The notes below the pieces were generated by a model. It was not told the origin of the DNA. It did not search any database and saw only the letters and a list, made by a program, of their open reading frames with translations. 32,000 bases of DNA, from the NCBI RefSeq assembly GCF_000010065.1, contig NC_006576.1, positions 2,280,001 through 2,312,000 on the forward strand. Direction: 5' to 3'. This document shows positions 28,047 through 32,000 of the stretch, piece by piece. How positions within the stretch are numbered: the first letter of the stretch is position 1; each line of letters starts with the position of its first letter. The stretch is from Synechococcus elongatus PCC 6301. GTDB taxonomy: Bacteria; Cyanobacteriota; Cyanobacteriia; Synechococcales; Synechococcaceae. The position numbers were made by a program, and so were the translations under genes.

Positions 28047-29504
28047 TCAGCGATCGCAACGAGTGAGCGGCGCGATCGCATTGACAAGGCGATCGATGCG
28101 GCTCGTGAGGCTAGTGGCGTTGGGCTGATTGGCCAAGATGCTGAAGGCGATCGGACCGTAGTTCGGTAAATCAATAAAGCCGGAGAGTCCCGCTGCCCCC
28201 GTGAGAAAACCGGTTTTGGCTTGAACTCGTCCACGGAGCGGACTATTGGCAAAGCGGCGGCGTAACGTCCCGCTGGAGCCAGCGATCGGTAGAGAGTCGC
28301 GCAGGGCCTGATTAGTGGGTTGTTGCACCTGCCAGAGAAGCGCCTCTAGCAATGTTTGGGCGCTGACGCGATTGCGGCGGGATAAGCCTGAGCCGTCATC
28401 CACGACGAGCCCAGTCGTTGAGATCCCGATCGCTTGGAGGGCACGACCTAATTCTGCTTGATCAGCGGCTCGGCGATCGCGCACAGGATCCGGTTGCCCG
28501 CTTCGTCCGATCCACCGCAGCAGCGCTTCAGCGTAGAGGTTTTGACTGTCCTCATTGGTGGTGCGGATTAACTCTCGTAGGGGCGGCGATTCCACGGTGG
28601 TCAAGAGGATGCGATCGCCGCTGGGCCAGTTGGTTTGGAGCGAAACTGTGGAGATGGAACTCCCGGCAGTACCAAGGCGGATTTGCAAAGCTTCCAGGAA
28701 GCGCTGCCCCGGTTGAGTGGCGGCGATCGCGACGGCCTCAGATTCGGAGCCAGCTCGCAGTTGTCCCGCCACAGTCAGGATGGGGCGTTGGGGATCGCGA
28801 TCGAGATTGATAAACTCCGCTGCTTGGCTGGAGACGGTTCGCGATCGATTGCGGACCTGCCAGCGCTGGCGATCGAGGGGATCTTCCCACAACACCCCCA
28901 GCGGTTGGCCCAAACTGCGGGGTTGGAGCGTTAGCTGGTGGGCGTTTTCTAGAAAAATGAGGCGATTGAGGGGCGCACCGTAGCCCTGCAGGCGATCGAG
29001 ACCAGACCAGGCTGCTGGCCAATAGCTGCTGGCTGGGTCGTCCAGACCAATCAGTTGGTTGTAGCGATCGCTGGGGACAGTTGCGGCTAGCGCATTGATG
29101 CCAGCGCGATCGAAGCTGGGGTCGCCTGCCCCTTCCACAATGAGGGTTTGGCGACTGGGTTGCAGCCAGAGGCGGGTTTGTAAGCGGGCGTCTGGACCGA
29201 GCCGATTCAGGGCTGCAATCGTGGTCAGGAGCTTTTGGTTTGAGGCAGGAATCAGTGCTTCGGCAGCCCGGTAGCGAAATAGCGATCGCCCGTCCAAATC
29301 CGCGATCGCGATACTCCAGCGCACCGATCGGTCTTGCCGGAGCAAGGCTTCAAGTCGCGCTGGTAGGGCTGCCGGACACAAGCTCCAAGCCAGCAAGCCA
29401 ATCAGCAGGGTCGCAAGACCCCCGGTCGCCGCAGCGCTGCCCAATCGCCACTGTCGGTGCAGAAACGCACGATGCGCAGCTCGGCCAATAATTCGGTAAT
29501 CCAC
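28047..29504 (-). CDS. dacB: D-alanyl-D-alanine carboxypeptidase/endopeptidase (PBP4, peptidase S13)
   Basis: SxxK ([14 protein letters not shown]), SxN (EDSQNLYAE) and KTG ([10 protein letters not shown]) boxes. GTG start at 29504 with signal-like [27 protein letters not shown]. There is no in-frame ATG before the catalytic Ser. Confidence 0.85.
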   Translation of the reverse strand: MDYRIIGRAAHRAFLHRQWRLGSAAATGGLATLLIGLLAWSLCPAALPARLEALLRQDRSVRWSIAIADLDGRSLFRYRAAEALIPASNQKLLTTIAALNRLGPDARLQTRLWLQPSRQTLIVEGAGDPSFDRAGINALAATVPSDRYNQLIGLDDPASSYWPAAWSGLDRLQGYGAPLNRLIFLENAHQLTLQPRSLGQPLGVLWEDPLDRQRWQVRNRSRTVSSQAAEFINLDRDPQRPILTVAGQLRAGSESEAVAIAATQPGQRFLEALQIRLGTAGSSISTVSLQTNWPSGDRILLTTVESPPLRELIRTTNEDSQNLYAEALLRWIGRSGQPDPVRDRRAADQAELGRALQAIGISTTGLVVDDGSGLSRRNRVSAQTLLEALLWQVQQPTNQALRDSLPIAGSSGTLRRRFANSPLRGRVQAKTGFLTGAAGLSGFIDLPNYGPIAFSILANQPNATSLTSRIDRLVNAIAPLTRCDR

Positions 29505-30448
29505 TGATCGAGTACCTCTTCCGATTGGTCTGCCGCGACCAAGAAGGGGCGCGCGAGGCCGACTAAATCAGCGCCGAGAGCGATCGCCTTGGCTGCATCG
29601 AGGCCGTGACGAATCCCGCCAGAGGCAATCAACGGTACGGTGGCACTGACTTGGCGGACTTGTTGCAAACTCTCGGCTGTGGGAATGCCCCAATCCCCAA
29701 AGCGATCGCCCAAGCGACGCAGCAACGGATCCACTGCCCGTTGGCCTTCCACGCGTGACCAAGAGGTGCCGCCCGCACCGGCCACATCCAGTGCCGCTAC
29801 GCCAGCGGATAACAGTTGCGCTGCCACCATGGCTGAGAGGCCATTACCCACTTCTTTGACGATGACAGGGACGCTCAGGGCGGCGCAGAGTTCCCCAATC
29901 CGACCCAGTAGCCCGCGAAAGTCTGTATCGCCTTCTGCCTGAATACATTCCTGGAGTGGGTTGAGATGGAGAATCAGGGCATCTGCACCGAGGCGATCGA
30001 CTAGCTGCTGAGCCTCTGCTGGCGTCACACCGTAGTTGAGTTGCACGGCGCCAAGGTTGGCAAGCAGCAAAATATCGGGCGCCAGATCCCGTACGTCAAA
30101 GGTTGGCGTGGTCTCAGGCTGCCGCAGCATTACCCGTTGGGAACCCACACCCATGGCGAGCCGATACTTCTGCGCCGCGATCGCCAAACGACAGTTGATC
30201 CGCTGCGCGGTTTCGGTTCCGCCGGTCATCGACGAGATCAGCAGCGGTGCCCCCAGCGATCGCCCCAAGAACTGCGTCCCTAGGTCCAGCGCCTGCAGAC
30301 TCAAATTTGGCAGCGCACAATGCTGGAAACGATAGCGCTCCAACCCGGTCGTCACCTCGGGGCTTTCGACTCCAGCCTCAAGACAGAGTTGGAGATGTTC
30401 AGCTTTCCGTTGGGGGAGGGACGACTCAGCTGCGATCGGGAAGTTCAC
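29402..30448 (-). CDS. fni: Isopentenyl-diphosphate delta-isomerase, type 2 (FMN-dependent)
   Basis: [39 protein letters not shown] and LIASGGIR, which are IDI-2 signature blocks. GTG start 8 nt after the DUF4330 gene stop. Confidence 0.9.
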   Translation of the reverse strand: MNFPIAAESSLPQRKAEHLQLCLEAGVESPEVTTGLERYRFQHCALPNLSLQALDLGTQFLGRSLGAPLLISSMTGGTETAQRINCRLAIAAQKYRLAMGVGSQRVMLRQPETTPTFDVRDLAPDILLLANLGAVQLNYGVTPAEAQQLVDRLGADALILHLNPLQECIQAEGDTDFRGLLGRIGELCAALSVPVIVKEVGNGLSAMVAAQLLSAGVAALDVAGAGGTSWSRVEGQRAVDPLLRRLGDRFGDWGIPTAESLQQVRQVSATVPLIASGGIRHGLDAAKAIALGADLVGLARPFLVAADQSEEVLDQWITELLAELRIVRFCTDSGDWAALRRPGVLRPC

Positions 30449-30456
30449 AAGGTTTC

Positions 30457-30990
30457 TCAGGGTTGAACCGGACGAATGTCAATCACACTGCCGCCAAACC
30501 GATAGTCTTTGCCCTCGAGTTCAATTGGGGTGCCCACCTTCAGCTTGACGTTCCCCAAAACATAGCCATCGGGCGTTGGTTGGGCTTGCCCCGCCAAGGT
30601 GATGATCGTATCGCTGGTGTAGGCCTGCTCAGGGCGAGGATCGGGTAGCGCCTTGACTCCGCCATCGGGCTGGGGCACCAGAACCGATCGCGGCAAGGGC
30701 TGGATACTAACTAAATCGATCTGACCGTAGGGCTGGTTGCGGATGATCAGATTGGTTTTGGCCTCTTTCTCAATCGTGGCAAAGAGCGCAGTGGGATTCT
30801 TGGCGGTGAGCCCGCGAATCATCACGTCCACCTGCAGGGCTTGACGCTGTCCGGTGACTTGGGCGACAGAAGTCGTCAGGGTTGGCGAGAGGAAAATCCC
30901 TGCGATCGCTGCAACCAAAATGATCCCAGCGCCCAGATCGATCAGGCTAAACCGGCCAAAAAGACGACCTTGGGAATCGAGAATAGCCAT
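30457..30990 (-). CDS. DUF4330-like membrane-anchored protein
   Basis: [36 protein letters not shown].... The N-terminal anchor plus beta-rich body matches the cyanobacterial DUF4330 pattern as I recall it. Confidence 0.7.
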   Translation of the reverse strand: MAILDSQGRLFGRFSLIDLGAGIILVAAIAGIFLSPTLTTSVAQVTGQRQALQVDVMIRGLTAKNPTALFATIEKEAKTNLIIRNQPYGQIDLVSIQPLPRSVLVPQPDGGVKALPDPRPEQAYTSDTIITLAGQAQPTPDGYVLGNVKLKVGTPIELEGKDYRFGGSVIDIRPVQP

Positions 30991-31211
30991 GCTGGAGCTC
31001 TGAAGCGTCGGGCGCTATTCTACCGCTCGAGCGTGCTTGGGCACATCGTCCGGCAGAGACCGATGGAATTGACGACCCAGCGATCGCGACTGTGTTGGGT
31101 TCAAGCTTGAACGGTTGTTGTCGAATCGGTCGTCAGAGCCGCAGAAGCGAGGATTGGCATCAGTCGATGCTCTTCGCTTCGGCTCAACTGTCCTTGGGAC
31201 CTAACCGATCG

Positions 31212-31982
31212 CTAACTAGGACTGACCTGATCGCGAGGGTATCGTAGGAGCGATCGCCGACCCTTTGCTGGATTGGACAACACGGTCTGGAGGCGCTCTG
31301 CCAAATCGCAGACACGCGTTTCATTGCTCTGGGCCTGAACTTGAAACACCCGCTGGTTGTCCCAGTCCAGAGCCGTTAGCCAGCCGCTTCTGGGGTGATA
31401 GACCCCCGTATCTAGCCCCAACCATCCGGCACCCGCTGCTACATAGCCCGGCTGGATGCCCGCCATGGTGCAGGTGATTGTGTGGCCCACCAAAATCGTT
31501 TTGTTGGCAAAAAATGGCTGCGATCGCGCTAAAAATTGATCGCGAATCCAGCAAAACTCGTTGGCATCTTGGCGGCTCAACGGCAGGTCAGGATCGACGC
31601 CGGCATGCACGAGCCAAATCTCGCCTAAGTCTAGATAGAGCGGCAGTTGTTGCAGCCACGGTCGCAACTCTTCAAGAGCTTCCCAGCTGCCAAAACTGGC
31701 TAAAGTTGCCTGACCACCAGCTTGGAACCAATGCAATCGCAGTTCTGATAAGTCAGGGAAGGCCAGCACTTGGGACAGCAAGTGCTCGTGGTTGCCCATC
31801 AAACTCGTGTAGCCCTGCGATCGCACGAGGGCAACGACCTTGGCACTGTCAGGGCCGCGATCGATCAAATCACCCAGGCAATAGACCTGATCATCGGTAT
31901 CTGGGTCAGCCAGCTCTAGCAAGCGATAGAGACTGCGGTAATGCCCATGCACATCGCCAATAATCAGTCGTCGGCCTGCCAT
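31212..31982 (-). CDS. Metallophosphoesterase (PPP-family Ser/Thr phosphatase / ApaH-like)
   Basis: The GDVHGH, GDLIDRGPDS and GNHEH motifs appear in canonical order. Confidence 0.85.
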   Translation of the reverse strand: MAGRRLIIGDVHGHYRSLYRLLELADPDTDDQVYCLGDLIDRGPDSAKVVALVRSQGYTSLMGNHEHLLSQVLAFPDLSELRLHWFQAGGQATLASFGSWEALEELRPWLQQLPLYLDLGEIWLVHAGVDPDLPLSRQDANEFCWIRDQFLARSQPFFANKTILVGHTITCTMAGIQPGYVAAGAGWLGLDTGVYHPRSGWLTALDWDNQRVFQVQAQSNETRVCDLAERLQTVLSNPAKGRRSLLRYPRDQVSPS

Positions 31983-32000
31983 GGTCGATCAGCTCCCGAG

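Noticed and set aside
31478-31963. 161-aa plus-strand ORF
   Set aside because: It is antisense within the metallophosphoesterase gene, which has canonical GDxHG/GDxxDRG/GNHE motifs.

Overview
This window reads as a core-chromosome segment of a HIP1-rich cyanobacterium. I counted about 106 copies of GCGATCGC by hand, roughly one per 300 bp. With psbY, a plastoquinone-type ubiA and an Ftn2/ZipN-like division gene, this points to the Synechococcus elongatus lineage; that assignment comes from memory and inference, not a search. I can support about 36 protein genes, one tRNA-Ser(UGA), three intrinsic-terminator candidates and one candidate operator. Most genes are housekeeping: ppx (partial), ubiA, an LD-carboxypeptidase, psbY, proS, accD, pyrG, queD, uvrC, pdhA, ftn2/zipN, prxQ/bcp, msrA, pilD, dacB and type-2 IPP isomerase. 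I see no CRISPR array, IS element, integrase, phage genes or recognisable defence genes, and no convincing wholly new multi-gene system. The items most worth a second look are: (1) an in-frame TAG splitting an otherwise intact ubiA; (2) a divergent arsenic locus, acr3 facing a translationally coupled GAPDH-arsJ pair, with no arsR or arsC in the window and an operator-like palindrome over the putative acr3 promoter; (3) a 241-bp AT-rich, HIP1-free convergent spacer with a perfect 10-bp inverted repeat; (4) pairs of HIP1 palindromes positioned to form terminator-like stems between convergent genes; (5) a tightly coupled DUF4330 - IPP isomerase - PBP4 string with a 103-nt gene overlap; (6) a run of five small uncharacterised minus-strand genes next to the tRNA. 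Two genes shorter than 60 aa, psbY and a 47-aa membrane ORF, are absent from the supplied ORF track and were found by manual translation.
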